Assembly: GCA_015056565.1 (NCBI GenBank)
Contig: SVGB01000004.1
Span: 34,875-98,874, forward strand
Source: Butyrivibrio sp.
Lineage (GTDB): Bacteria; Bacillota; Clostridia; Lachnospirales; Lachnospiraceae
Direction of reading: 5' to 3'
Length of the DNA: 64,000 nt
The notes beneath the pieces are model-generated. The model was not told the origin of the DNA. It ran no database searches and saw only the letters and a list, made by a program, of their open reading frames with translations. Shown here in pieces: positions 38,139 through 48,519 of this stretch. The translations under genes were made by a program, and so were the position numbers. Numbering within the stretch: the first letter of the stretch is position 1; each line of letters opens with the position of its first letter.

Positions 38139-39860
38139 ATGAAATTATGGAACTATAGACAGCTAGAAAAACTGATCCCGGCTTTTGTGCTTATTGCGAT
38201 CGTAGCCTTTGCTATCTTATCTTCTAATAAATTCTTTGTTAGTAGTACATCACGCTATGCCCTTGACGATGGCTGGACCATCACCTTTAAGGGCGACAAA
38301 TTAGAGTCTACCACTCTGTCCAATTCCGGCGTAGGAATTGTGGATGCCGGAGAAATTGTGACCATTTCCGGTACTCTTCCAGATGTTGGCATCAGCAATC
38401 CCTGTGGCTCCATGTACACAATCCATGCAGTTGTTGACGTATATCTGGATGGCAAGATGATCTACACCTATGGAAGAGAATATCGGGAAAACAAGAAATC
38501 CGTTCCCAGACATTCAAATGTCTTCCCTCTTGGCTCAGATTATGCAGGAAAAAAACTGACCATCATCCTTACCGGATCCAGGATCCATTCATTTTCTGGC
38601 CTGTCCACAGTGATCATTGGCGACAAAAACTCTCTTTTCATAGAGAGGATCCTGTCCATGAGGCGAAACATCGTCATCGGTGCATTCCTTATTGTGCTTG
38701 GCGTGATCCTGATGGCTCTTTCTCCATACATGTTTTTATACCACAACAACGACTTCCGTCTGTTCTTTAGTGGATTTATTTCACTTATGCTGGGGCTTTA
38801 TACCTATTCTTTCTATGGTATCATTGACCTTATTACTGACAATTCCCGGCTGAACATGATCATGGAATACTCTTCCCTATACAACATACCTACTGCTATA
38901 ATCGGTTACTTTATGTCTGTATATAAGGGAAATCTAAAAAAAGCCTTCCGGTTCCTGTTTGTGCTCAACACTATTGTCTATTGTATTGTCTTTGTATTCT
39001 GCGTGTTTGGAAGAGGCAGGATCTACGAGTACACACCGATCCTTCATTCCATGGCAGGTACCGAAGGTGCTTTTGCAGTGGCAATGATAATCAAGACCTT
39101 TATTGGATCGTACAAGAACAAGAAAAAAAGACTTGTAACGTCAGATAACGTCTTCGCTTTTGGCCTTCTGCTACTGATGATGATGTCTATCATTGATATC
39201 ATCAAGTACAACTACAGGAAGTTAACCCCTGATACCAGCGATTCATTGGCAACTATCAACGGTTTCATGTTTGGATCCCTTATCTTTGTGTCAGGTCTTC
39301 TTATAAGTTACATGCTCTATGTGATCTACAACTCAGACCTTGATACCATGCAGAACAAGATCTCTTCGCTGGCATACACAGACCCGCTTACAGGTCTTGC
39401 AAACAGAGCCCGCTGCGAACAGGTTATGGAGATGCTCACTTCTGAACATGGTCCTTACACCATAATCAGCCTTGACCTTAACAAGCTCAAGGAAGTAAAC
39501 GACAATCTAGGCCACCATGAAGGTGACAGACTGATCTCTGGATTTGCCACAATTCTCTCTGATTCCTTCTGGGATGCCAACCTGGTAGGCAGAATGGGCG
39601 GCGATGAGTTTATAGTTGTCCTTACTGAGGACAGAGCACTTAGCTGTACCAGAAGGATCCACAATCTCTATTCAATGATCAATGACTGGAACAGAAAAGA
39701 ACAGCGCTTCCAGTACAGCGCTTCCTATGGCTATGCCTACAGCTACGAAGTTCCCTCAGGTTCTGCCCAGGAAGTATATATGCTCGCTGATAACAGAATG
39801 TACGAGATGAAGCGTGAGCATCAGAACTCACTAGCGAAGGGAGGAATAGTACATGCGTAA
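38139..39860 (+). CDS. Membrane diguanylate cyclase (extracellular domain + multi-TM + GGDEF)
   Basis: DPLTGLANR, DLNKLKEVND-GH-GD, RMGGDEF, ADNRMY. Confidence 0.92.
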   Translation: MKLWNYRQLEKLIPAFVLIAIVAFAILSSNKFFVSSTSRYALDDGWTITFKGDKLESTTLSNSGVGIVDAGEIVTISGTLPDVGISNPCGSMYTIHAVVDVYLDGKMIYTYGREYRENKKSVPRHSNVFPLGSDYAGKKLTIILTGSRIHSFSGLSTVIIGDKNSLFIERILSMRRNIVIGAFLIVLGVILMALSPYMFLYHNNDFRLFFSGFISLMLGLYTYSFYGIIDLITDNSRLNMIMEYSSLYNIPTAIIGYFMSVYKGNLKKAFRFLFVLNTIVYCIVFVFCVFGRGRIYEYTPILHSMAGTEGAFAVAMIIKTFIGSYKNKKKRLVTSDNVFAFGLLLLMMMSIIDIIKYNYRKLTPDTSDSLATINGFMFGSLIFVSGLLISYMLYVIYNSDLDTMQNKISSLAYTDPLTGLANRARCEQVMEMLTSEHGPYTIISLDLNKLKEVNDNLGHHEGDRLISGFATILSDSFWDANLVGRMGGDEFIVVLTEDRALSCTRRIHNLYSMINDWNRKEQRFQYSASYGYAYSYEVPSGSAQEVYMLADNRMYEMKREHQNSLAKGGIVHA

Positions 39861-41535
39861 GATCCTTTCGCTTATAACCCTTTCAATTTTAATAGTCGTC
39901 TTTTTCCTGTACAGCGCGCACCTGCTCTTTTCTTTTAAGCCAGACAACATGGTGTACAAGCTCGAGCGCGGCTGGACAGTTACTTACCACAATCAGCAAT
40001 ATCTTAACACTGACCTGGAAAAGCTTGGCGATCAGCTTGAGACCAAGTTTGCCAAGGGCGATAATATCGTTCTGTACTACTCAAAACCCCTGATAGACCT
40101 GGGGGTAGACACACCATACCTGTTCTTCAAATCCCAGTTCTGCTCTTATGAGGTTTATCTGGACGGAGTTTTGATCGACAGCCAGTATACAGATTCGGAT
40201 AACAGGGGCTTTGTAGGAATAAGCTATCAGCCAATCCCTCTTCCATCTGATTATCCTGGAAAAAAGCTGTCTATCACCCTTACTGTTATTGAAAATGAGA
40301 CAAAAGCCAATCTTATAAATCCTATGATCGGCCAGTATGAAGATATATACAGGGTCCTGCACCAGTCTGTAATATTCCCGTTCTTTACAGGTTGCTTCCT
40401 TCTGGTGTTCGGAATGGTATTCTTCGTGATCTCACTGATATTCTACATGGGATCCCCCGGCGTTGCTAACCAGCTGTTTTGTTCACTCCTCACCCTGATA
40501 CTGGGTGTGTGGACACTTACAGCTTTCGATATCATGGACCTCATAGTACCATCGGGAATGGCAACTACCCTTGAATATCTGTCACTTTACCTGATAGCAC
40601 CTTGTATTTACCTTATTGTTTACGATCTTCACAAGCGCCAGAACAATAAGATACTTATAATTATGGGCTCCGCAACCATGCTATTCTCTTTGCTTTTCAT
40701 GGTTCTTCACTACTCAGACATCGTTCACTTAAATCACTTTGAAGGACCATACTACCTGATGTCATTTGTAGGCTTTGCCCTGCTCCTTGCCTATGACTAC
40801 ATTGATATACAGAGTAAGTCCAAGAATTCGTCACTGATAGTAACAATGGTGGGGTTAACTGTTCTTTCCCTTTCACTTTTGGCTTATTCCCTGACCTCTG
40901 TTATTGGTAAGATCGCGGATTACAGACAGAGCTGGTTCCACATTATACTGATCCCTTTTGGTTCTGTTTTCTTTGTTATCATGCAACTGCTCAATTACTT
41001 CATTTTCATGACCCACTCTTTTGCCCGTAAAAAAGAGTACCAGGCTCTTACCAAGATCGCCTACATTGATAACCTTACGGGACTTCCAAACAGAGTTGAT
41101 TTCGATGAAAAGATGGCAGCGCTTGATAGATCAGATTACGACTTCTGTCTGATCAGCCTTGACCTTAATGGACTTAAGGAAGTCAATGACAACTCCGGAC
41201 ATCCCGCAGGAGACAGACTTCTTCGTTCCTTTGCCCACGCTCTTGCTCAGACCTTTGAAAACATTGGAGACTGTGCAAGGATCGGTGGTGATGAGTTTGT
41301 TGTAATGTTAAAAGACATTGACTCTAATACACTTGACGGGCTTTTGGAAAAACTTGATGAAACCCTTTTAGAGCTCGATAAAGTTGATGTTGAGATCAAT
41401 CACAGCGTCTCCTATGGTTACGCCTACAGGCATGAAACCGAGGACAAAAACGCACATACTGTGCTGATGCTGGCTGATAAGCGCATGTACAGCTATAAAA
41501 AGCAGCATTACGCCCACATGATGACAAGAAGATGA
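39853..41535 (+). CDS. Membrane diguanylate cyclase, paralogue of the upstream gene
   Basis: DNLTGLPNR, DLNGLKEVND-GH-GD, RIGGDEF, ADKRMY. Confidence 0.92.
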   Translation: MRKILSLITLSILIVVFFLYSAHLLFSFKPDNMVYKLERGWTVTYHNQQYLNTDLEKLGDQLETKFAKGDNIVLYYSKPLIDLGVDTPYLFFKSQFCSYEVYLDGVLIDSQYTDSDNRGFVGISYQPIPLPSDYPGKKLSITLTVIENETKANLINPMIGQYEDIYRVLHQSVIFPFFTGCFLLVFGMVFFVISLIFYMGSPGVANQLFCSLLTLILGVWTLTAFDIMDLIVPSGMATTLEYLSLYLIAPCIYLIVYDLHKRQNNKILIIMGSATMLFSLLFMVLHYSDIVHLNHFEGPYYLMSFVGFALLLAYDYIDIQSKSKNSSLIVTMVGLTVLSLSLLAYSLTSVIGKIADYRQSWFHIILIPFGSVFFVIMQLLNYFIFMTHSFARKKEYQALTKIAYIDNLTGLPNRVDFDEKMAALDRSDYDFCLISLDLNGLKEVNDNSGHPAGDRLLRSFAHALAQTFENIGDCARIGGDEFVVMLKDIDSNTLDGLLEKLDETLLELDKVDVEINHSVSYGYAYRHETEDKNAHTVLMLADKRMYSYKKQHYAHMMTRR

Positions 41536-41552
41536 TAGATTTTCCCACTAAG

Positions 41553-41582
41553 AAAGACCTGAGCAGCCGCTCAGGTCTTTTA
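41553..41582. terminator. Bidirectional terminator between the DGC pair and proS
   Basis: AAAGACCTGAGC-AGCC-GCTCAGGTCTTT. Confidence 0.8.
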
Positions 41583-41597
41583 CTGTTTTCAAATAAA

Positions 41598-43031
41598 TTA
41601 GTATGCTCTTCCCCAGTAAACCATCTTGGTTGCAGGTTTTCCACATACTACGCAGGTATCTGAAAGGTTCTCCTGCTCAAAAGGAATACATCTGCTGGTA
41701 ACATTGTAGTCTTCCTTGATCTTGTCCTCACATTCCTGACATCCACACCACATTGCCTTAACAAAGCCCTTGGTCTCTTTGAAGGCATTTGCGAACTCAT
41801 CCTTGTTGTGAGCTGCAAATGTATGCTCTTCAAGGTGCTTTTTAGCTCTGTTAAACATATCCTTCTGGATTGTATCAAGGAGCTCTCCAACCTTTGTTGA
41901 AACCTCAGAAATAGCGCACTCGATCTTCTCTCTTGTGTCTCTTCTTACAAGTACGCACTTTCCTGCCTCAAGGTCCTTAGGTCCAATCTCGACACGAACA
42001 GGAATACCTCTCATCTCCTGCTCAGCAAACTTAAAGCCTGGTGTTCTGTCTGTATCATCTGTCTTAACTCTGTAAGCTGAAAGGCTCTTTTCGATGTCTC
42101 TTGCTGCCTCTAAAACGCCTTCTTTCTTCTGCTGGATAGGGATAACAACAACCTGGATAGGTGCGATCTTAGGAGGTACTACAAGTCCTGAGTTGTCGCC
42201 GTGTACCATGATCATAGCTCCGATCGTACGGGTTGTAAGTCCCCATGAAGTCTGGCATACATAGTGAAGCTGATTATCTTTTCCTGCATACTGGATTCCA
42301 AAAGCCTTGGCAAATCCATCACCGAAGTTATGGCTGGTTGCGCTCTGAAGTGCTCTTCCGTCATGCATAAGGGCTTCTACTGTGTAAGTTGCCTCAGCAC
42401 CAGCGAATTTTTCCTTGTCGGTCTTCTGTCCCTTAATAACTGGAATTGCCATGTCATTCTCAAGGAAATCTGCATAGACATTAAGCATCTGCTGTGTGCG
42501 CGCCTCAGCCTCTTCCATTGTTGCGTGAGCTGTATGGCCTTCCTGCCAGAGAAACTCACGGCTTCTAAGGAATGGTCTTGTCTCTTTCTCCCATCTTACA
42601 ACGCTGCACCACTGGTTAAGAACCTGTGGAAGATCCTTGTAGGAGTGGATCTCTCCCTTATAGTAATCGCAGAACAGTGTCTCTGAAGTAGGACGAACGC
42701 AGTATCTCTCTGTAAGAGGCTCAAGTCCGCCATGTGTTACCCATGCAACTTCTGGAGCAAAACCTTCTACGTGGTCTTTTTCTTTCTGAAGAAGTGATTC
42801 TGGAATGAACATAGGAAGATATGCATTCTGAACCCCAGTCTCTTTAAATCTTGCATCAAGATGCTTCTGGATCAGTTCCCAGATAGCATAGCCAGCAGGC
42901 TTGATAACCATGCATCCCTTGATATTTGAATAGCTTACAAGGTCGGCCTTAATGCATACGTCTGTGTACCATTGTGTGAAATCCTCATCCATGGATGTGA
43001 TCTCTGCAACTAATTTCTTGTTGTCTGCCAT
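41598..43031 (-). CDS. proS: Prolyl-tRNA synthetase, archaeal/eukaryote-like type
   Basis: [28 protein letters not shown]-terminal Cys pairs and GRAY end. Confidence 0.96.
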   Translation of the reverse strand: MADNKKLVAEITSMDEDFTQWYTDVCIKADLVSYSNIKGCMVIKPAGYAIWELIQKHLDARFKETGVQNAYLPMFIPESLLQKEKDHVEGFAPEVAWVTHGGLEPLTERYCVRPTSETLFCDYYKGEIHSYKDLPQVLNQWCSVVRWEKETRPFLRSREFLWQEGHTAHATMEEAEARTQQMLNVYADFLENDMAIPVIKGQKTDKEKFAGAEATYTVEALMHDGRALQSATSHNFGDGFAKAFGIQYAGKDNQLHYVCQTSWGLTTRTIGAMIMVHGDNSGLVVPPKIAPIQVVVIPIQQKKEGVLEAARDIEKSLSAYRVKTDDTDRTPGFKFAEQEMRGIPVRVEIGPKDLEAGKCVLVRRDTREKIECAISEVSTKVGELLDTIQKDMFNRAKKHLEEHTFAAHNKDEFANAFKETKGFVKAMWCGCQECEDKIKEDYNVTSRCIPFEQENLSDTCVVCGKPATKMVYWGRAY

Positions 43032-43088
43032 AGTTTTTCTCCTCTTTCTTTTGATAGAATGATAGAAGTTGTGGATACGAGGTCTTTC

Positions 43089-43330
43089 AAAAAAATAAGC
43101 CTTCGCATCCCTAAAAACAGGGACCGAAAGCTCGGCGGTACCACCCTATTTAAACCTGTAAAAACAGATTTCACTTCATTTATACCCTTAACGCGGGGAA
43201 CGCTGTATTTATGCTAACGCTTTCATACAGGACTCCAAGGCAGGTTCACTGATTTTCCGTAAGAGCCTTCCACCAATGGCTCTCTCTCTGAAACGTGATT
43301 ACAGTTACTAGTCCTCTTCAACGTCTTTTT
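43089..43330 (-). ncRNA. T-box riboswitch with Pro specifier CCU
   Basis: AATAGGGTGGTACCGC T-box at about 43150-43135, terminator with T-tract, AGAGA/GGTGGA stem I apex, GAA-CCT specifier at 43244-43242. Confidence 0.92.
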
Positions 43331-43344
43331 TATATTTAAATTTG

Positions 43345-43373
43345 ATTTTAGTTATTTTAACTTTCATTGTCAA
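43345..43373 (-). promoter_or_regulatory. Sigma-A promoter of the proS leader
   Basis: TTGACA-N17-TAAAAT. Confidence 0.8.
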
Positions 43374-43530
43374 TAACGAATGAAGCGGCTATATGCTTAC
43401 GCCACCACAAAACCATGCAAAAAGACCGGCTGGGGACCGGTCTTTTTTCGTGGATATTCTTCCACAATTTAGAGGTTTTTTATAAAGGAAATACGTTATG
43501 GCGAACGTAATTCGGCAAATCCTGGGGTCC

Positions 43531-44553
43531 TTAGCGGTTTAGCTCGCTTGTTGGACCATCTGTGTGGTGATTTTTAATGATACTGTCTATAACTTTAAGG
43601 TCACAGGCAGGCAGATCACCAGGTACTGTATTTTTAACTGCTGAAGTGGCATTTCCATAGAAAAGAGCTTTTTTGGGATCGTCATACTTAAGCAGTCCGT
43701 AGAGGACACCTGAAACATATGCATCTCCTGAGCCTATTCTGTCTATTACATCGATATCCTTGTAAGGATCCTCTGTAAAGAACTTGTCGCTTTCAGCGCT
43801 GTATATAGTCGAAGTGAAGTTGTGTTTCTTGGGAGAAATAACTTCTCTCTGGGTGGTACATACTATCTTGACCGGATAATCTTTGGTGTAGCTCTTCATG
43901 ATATCCGTCAGATCACCGCTCTTTTGCATCATGCGACGTGATGTCTCTTCAGATACAAAGAGAACGTCCACGTATGGAAGGATGGCGTTTATCGAATTCC
44001 GTGCCTCTTCCTCGCTCCAGAGGTTAGCCCTGTAGTTACAGTCAAAAGAGACCTTGGCGCCATTTTCCTTGAAGCGCTTGATAAGTTCTGTGGCAACCTC
44101 TCTTGTATTCTTGTTAAGAGCAAGGGAAATTCCGCTAGTGTGGAACATCCTGGTGCTTGAGTACACGCTATCCGGGATCTCATCAAGAGAAATCCTTGTA
44201 ATTGAGGAATTCATCCTGTCGTAAACTATGGAAGGCTTACGTGGTGCTGCGCCATTCTCATAGTAGTAAATACCAAGTCTTGCCTCAGGGGACTCATCAT
44301 AGATAAGGTAGTCATCAGAGACGCCTTCAAACCTGATCCTGTTCTTGATAAATGTCCCAAGTGCATTTGCTGGAAGCCTTGATATAACGCCGGTACGAAG
44401 CCCCAAAAGAGCTACACCGGACGCTACATTAAGCTCAGAGCCGCCTGCTCGCTTATCAAACACATCTCCCCGTGTCATAAGCTCATAATTGGGCGGGGAA
44501 AGTCGAAGCATAATCTCACCGAATGTTAAAAGATCAAATCTTCCATCTCCCAT
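43531..44553 (-). CDS. kdgK: PfkB-family sugar kinase, 2-keto-3-deoxygluconate kinase-like
   Basis: FGEIMLRL, GGSELNVA, FDCNYRANLW, DRIGSGDAY. Confidence 0.8.
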   Translation of the reverse strand: MGDGRFDLLTFGEIMLRLSPPNYELMTRGDVFDKRAGGSELNVASGVALLGLRTGVISRLPANALGTFIKNRIRFEGVSDDYLIYDESPEARLGIYYYENGAAPRKPSIVYDRMNSSITRISLDEIPDSVYSSTRMFHTSGISLALNKNTREVATELIKRFKENGAKVSFDCNYRANLWSEEEARNSINAILPYVDVLFVSEETSRRMMQKSGDLTDIMKSYTKDYPVKIVCTTQREVISPKKHNFTSTIYSAESDKFFTEDPYKDIDVIDRIGSGDAYVSGVLYGLLKYDDPKKALFYGNATSAVKNTVPGDLPACDLKVIDSIIKNHHTDGPTSELNR

Positions 44554-44589
44554 AGCAGGCCTCCTATTAAAAAAGTCCCATCAAAAACA

Positions 44590-44629
44590 AAAAACTTACT
44601 GACATCTTGATGATATCAGTAAGTTTTTT
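44590..44629. terminator. Intrinsic terminator downstream of the 67-aa gene
   Basis: AAAAAACTTACTGA...TCAGTAAGTTTTTT. Confidence 0.7.
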
Positions 44630-44631
44630 CT

Positions 44632-44649
44632 AGTGTAAGTGCTTACACT
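44632..44649. promoter_or_regulatory. LacI/cre-like palindrome AGTGTAAG-TG-CTTACACT
   Basis: 8-bp perfect arms; about 80 bp upstream of the sugar kinase. Confidence 0.45.
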
Positions 44650-44715
44650 GTCTTTAATGTGGAAAATCTTGAACTGTGTGTGTTTGAATGAAAGAGAGGT
44701 TTGTGTCTATATATT

Positions 44716-44919
44716 TCAGGCAACTGCTGCCTTCCTAACAGAAATTGTAACGTATCTCTTCTTATCGAACTTCTTGATGATGTGGTAGATGATAACTGCT
44801 AAGAAAACGATACCACTTACGATTCCAAATACAGGATAGAATGCGCTCATTCCAAGAATTGTCATTCCCTCGAATACCAGTGTCATGATGATGAATACCT
44901 TTGCTAATGTCTTTGCCAT
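44716..44919 (-). CDS. 67-aa two-TM membrane protein of unknown function
   Basis: RBS AAGGGAG; two hydrophobic helices and a basic tail. Confidence 0.75.
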   Translation of the reverse strand: MAKTLAKVFIIMTLVFEGMTILGMSAFYPVFGIVSGIVFLAVIIYHIIKKFDKKRYVTISVRKAAVA

Positions 44920-44970
44920 ATCTTTGATCTCCCTTCAGAGTTTTTATTGTGTTGTTTTTGTTTACATCTA

Positions 44971-45000
44971 TTTATACGAAGGGAAAAAAGTTGTGGCAAA
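44971..45000 (-). promoter_or_regulatory. Putative ECF promoter TTTGCCACA-N11-TTCGTATAAA, copy 2
   Basis: Same boxes and spacing as 14087-14116. Confidence 0.7.
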
Positions 45001-45507
45001 AATTTTTTGAGTAAATATTTTTTTATTTTTCGGTGCATTATTTCTGTAATGAGCGCAAGGACAATCGTCTATCAGACACAATGGCAAGATTGAGCCGTAA
45101 TATGTGCCAGGAATTACGTCTGAATCAGCGTTTTTCATAAATTAGACAACTACATAAAATTTCATTACATCTTTCTTTGCTGGTCCTGCTATCAAGACGT
45201 AGGAAATACCTAAGTTTTAGAATTGCCCTACGTCTCATATTCTATTTTTCATTATTCAGTAGTCATTTTTACAGCAGTTCTCAGTGTTACAAGCCATGAC
45301 ATGAAAAAACTTGGACTGTTCCTACGACTCTAATCACAAAATAAAGAATACAGCTGTACGTTAATTATTTAACAGTATCCCTTTTTAAGAATTTCTATAA
45401 AAAGCCGTAAATATCTTTGTTTAATGGCTGCCTCTTTAAGTATTTCTTATATACTTGCACCTATACCCATTGATAAAGTCTGTAAATATCCCCATTTCAC
45501 ATCACTT

Positions 45508-46059
45508 TCATCCCTGTCTGGAAGTATCTCTATCATTATACTTTGACAATATAACCTCTCCAGACCTTAATGTTTCCTTAACATCAATAGCCCTCTGGTT
45601 TGAAGATCCTCTAAATCTCAGCATCAGATCTCTCTTAGCTTCCACAAATTCCCCATCCACAAGCACATCCGTCATTGAAAGAATTGCATCAGTATCCTCT
45701 CCATGACATCTCTTATTATCTGGATCTGTCAGTTCTTCCCAAAGATATCCGGAATAGATCCAGATTGTTTTCTTGGGGAGTTCTCTCTTGATGCGTTCAA
45801 GAAGTGGTCTTATCTCTTTTTGATTGACTATTTCCATTGGTTCTCCGCCAAGAATTGTTAATCCTGCTATGTAATCAGGCTTTAAGGACTCTATTATGTC
45901 ATCTTCTACTTCCTTAGTGTAGGGTTCTCCGTAATTAAAGTCCCATGTCATCTCATTGAAGCAGCCTTTACAATGATGAGTACAGCCACTCACAAAGAAA
46001 GCTGTTCTGCACCCTACTCCATTTGCAACATCATTATAATAAACCTGTCCGTAATTCAT
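45508..46059 (-). CDS. nrdG: Anaerobic RNR activating enzyme (radical SAM)
   Basis: CTHHCKGCFN, GGEP, DVLVDG, RGSSNQR; start MNYG with RBS AGGAG. Confidence 0.95.
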   Translation of the reverse strand: MNYGQVYYNDVANGVGCRTAFFVSGCTHHCKGCFNEMTWDFNYGEPYTKEVEDDIIESLKPDYIAGLTILGGEPMEIVNQKEIRPLLERIKRELPKKTIWIYSGYLWEELTDPDNKRCHGEDTDAILSMTDVLVDGEFVEAKRDLMLRFRGSSNQRAIDVKETLRSGEVILSKYNDRDTSRQG

Positions 46060-46172
46060 GACTCTCCTCTTGATACAACACAAGCCGGGAAGACTCCCGG
46101 CTTGTATCTATTTTATCTTTTTCATCTCCCGAAAACGCCTGACATCCAAAGGAACCAGCGTGTTTTCTAACA

Positions 46173-48404
46173 TTAAAGCTTTGGATTGGACATGTGGAGA
46201 ACTCTTTCCTTGATCTCCTGTGTACGTCCCTGATTCCAGAACTGAGTTCCGATGTAACCACAAGTACGTCTTGCAACGTTCATCTTGTTCTGATCACGGT
46301 TTCCGCAGTTAGGGCATTCCCAAACCAGCTTGCCATCTGTATCTGTAACAACCTTAATCTCTCCATCGTAGCCACAGCACTGGCAGTAATCTGACTTGGT
46401 ATTGAGCTCTGCGTACATGATGTTGTCATAGATATACTTCATTACAGAGATAACAGCTTCGATGTTGTTATTCATATCAGGAACTTCAACGTAGCTGATA
46501 GCTCCTCCTGGTGAAAGAGCCTGGAACTCTGACTCGAATTTAAGCTTGGTGAAAGCATCTATCTGCTCTGTTACATGTACGTGATAGCTGTTTGTAATAT
46601 AGTTCTTGTCTGTAACATCCGGGATAACGCCAAATCTCTTCTGAAGAGCCTTAGCAAACTTGTATGTTGTAGACTCAAGTGGTGTTCCATAGAGGCTGAA
46701 GGAAATATTCTCTTTTGCTCTCCATGCTGCGCACTTGTCGTTAAGGAACTGCATTACCTTAAGAGCGAAGTCTTTTCCTCTTGGATCTGTATGTGATACG
46801 CCCTTCATATACTTGGTGCACTCGCAAAGTCCTGCGTAGCCAAGTGAAATTGTCGAGTAATTGCCGAAAAGAAGTGGATCAATAACTTCACCCTTTTCAA
46901 GTCTTGCAAGCGCTCCGTTCTGCCAAAGAATAGGCGCTACATCTGAAGGTGTTCCAAGAAGTCTGTTGTGTCTGCACATAAGTGCTCTGTAACAAAGCTC
47001 ACAACGCTCCTCAAGGATCTGCCAGAACTTATCCTCATCCTTAGCTGATGAGCAGGCAACATCTACAAGGTTAAGGGTTACAACACCCTGATTGAAACGT
47101 CCGTAGTACTTGTGTGCTCCCTCTACGTAGTTACGAGCCTTGGCTTTATTGCCCTGGTTGCAAAGGCCTTCTGCATTTGATTCTGAATCAGGAGTAAGGA
47201 AGGATCTGCATCCCATACATGGATATACATCGCCTTTCTTTAACTCTTTCATCTTCTTGGCAGAAATGTAATCAGGAACAAGCCTCTTAGCTGTGCACTT
47301 AGCTGCCAGCTCAGTCAGATACCAGTACTTGGAATCCTCAGTGATATTATCCTCGTCAAGAACATAGATGAGCTTAGGGAATGCAGGTGTGATGAGCTGT
47401 CCCTTCTCATTCTTTACTCCGTAGATACGCTGCTTGAGCATCTCCTCGATGACCATTGCAAGGTCTTCTCTTGCCTGACCTTCTGGAACCTCATCAAGGT
47501 ACATATATACTGTGATGAAAGGAGCCTGTCCGTTGGTTGTCATAAGTGTGATGACCTGATACTGGATAACCTGGCATCCTCTCTCGATCTCTTTCTTAAC
47601 TCGCATCTCTGCGATCTCGTTTACCTGCTTCTTGTTGATCTTCATTCCGGCAGTTTCAAACTCACGAGCAACTTCATTTCTGAACTTCTGTCTGCTGATG
47701 TCAACGAATGGTACAAGGTGAGATAAAGTGATACTCTGTCCGCCGTACTGTGAACTTGCGATCTGAGCAATTGCCTGAGTTGCGATGTTACAAGCTGTTG
47801 CAAAGCTGTGTGGCTTCTCAATCATGGTCTCAGAGATAACTGTTCCATTCTGGAGCATATCCTCTAAGTTTACGAGACAGCAGTTGTGCATGTGCTGAGC
47901 AAAATAGTCAGCGTCATGAAAGTGGATAAGTCCCTCTTCATGAGCCTTAACAACATCATCAGGAAGAAGGAATCTTCTTGTGATATCCTTGCTGACTTCA
48001 CCAGCCATGTAATCTCTCTGAACGCTGTTTACAGTAGGATTCTTGTTGGAATTCTCCTGCTTAACTTCCTCGTTGTTGCACTCGATAAGAGACATGATCT
48101 GCTCATCAGTTGTGTTGGACTTTCTTACAAGGGCATGTTTATAACGATATGTGATGTATTTCCTTGCAACCTCAAATTTACCGGATTTCATGAGGCCATC
48201 CTCAACCATATCCTGGATTTCCTCCACACTGGCTGCACGGGTAAGAGATGCGCACTGCTTCTCCACGGCCTTCTCTATATCGCTGATCTGTCCTTCTGTC
48301 AGCTTCTTTTCTTCTGTAACTTCATCGTTAGCCTTTTCAATAGCAGCTATGATCTTGCTTCCGTCAAAAGCAACTTCTTTTCCGCTTCTCTTGATAATCT
48401 TCAT
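46173..48404 (-). CDS. nrdD: Anaerobic class III ribonucleoside-triphosphate reductase
   Basis: N-terminal ATP cone, HNCCL, MGCRS, Zn CxxC pairs, RRTCGY glycyl-radical motif. Confidence 0.96.
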   Translation of the reverse strand: MKIIKRSGKEVAFDGSKIIAAIEKANDEVTEEKKLTEGQISDIEKAVEKQCASLTRAASVEEIQDMVEDGLMKSGKFEVARKYITYRYKHALVRKSNTTDEQIMSLIECNNEEVKQENSNKNPTVNSVQRDYMAGEVSKDITRRFLLPDDVVKAHEEGLIHFHDADYFAQHMHNCCLVNLEDMLQNGTVISETMIEKPHSFATACNIATQAIAQIASSQYGGQSITLSHLVPFVDISRQKFRNEVAREFETAGMKINKKQVNEIAEMRVKKEIERGCQVIQYQVITLMTTNGQAPFITVYMYLDEVPEGQAREDLAMVIEEMLKQRIYGVKNEKGQLITPAFPKLIYVLDEDNITEDSKYWYLTELAAKCTAKRLVPDYISAKKMKELKKGDVYPCMGCRSFLTPDSESNAEGLCNQGNKAKARNYVEGAHKYYGRFNQGVVTLNLVDVACSSAKDEDKFWQILEERCELCYRALMCRHNRLLGTPSDVAPILWQNGALARLEKGEVIDPLLFGNYSTISLGYAGLCECTKYMKGVSHTDPRGKDFALKVMQFLNDKCAAWRAKENISFSLYGTPLESTTYKFAKALQKRFGVIPDVTDKNYITNSYHVHVTEQIDAFTKLKFESEFQALSPGGAISYVEVPDMNNNIEAVISVMKYIYDNIMYAELNTKSDYCQCCGYDGEIKVVTDTDGKLVWECPNCGNRDQNKMNVARRTCGYIGTQFWNQGRTQEIKERVLHMSNPKL

Positions 48405-48461
48405 ATGAACCCCCTGTGATTTGGTGCAACAATACTCTTATACAAAATTGTAGCCACAAGA

Positions 48462-48477
48462 ACAACTATATCTTGTG
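48462..48477. promoter_or_regulatory. NrdR box
   Basis: ACAACTATATCTTGTG resembles the NrdR consensus; upstream of nrdD. Confidence 0.7.
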
Positions 48478-48519
48478 GTTACATTTATATGATAATACAT
48501 TATATTGATTATTTCAAGC

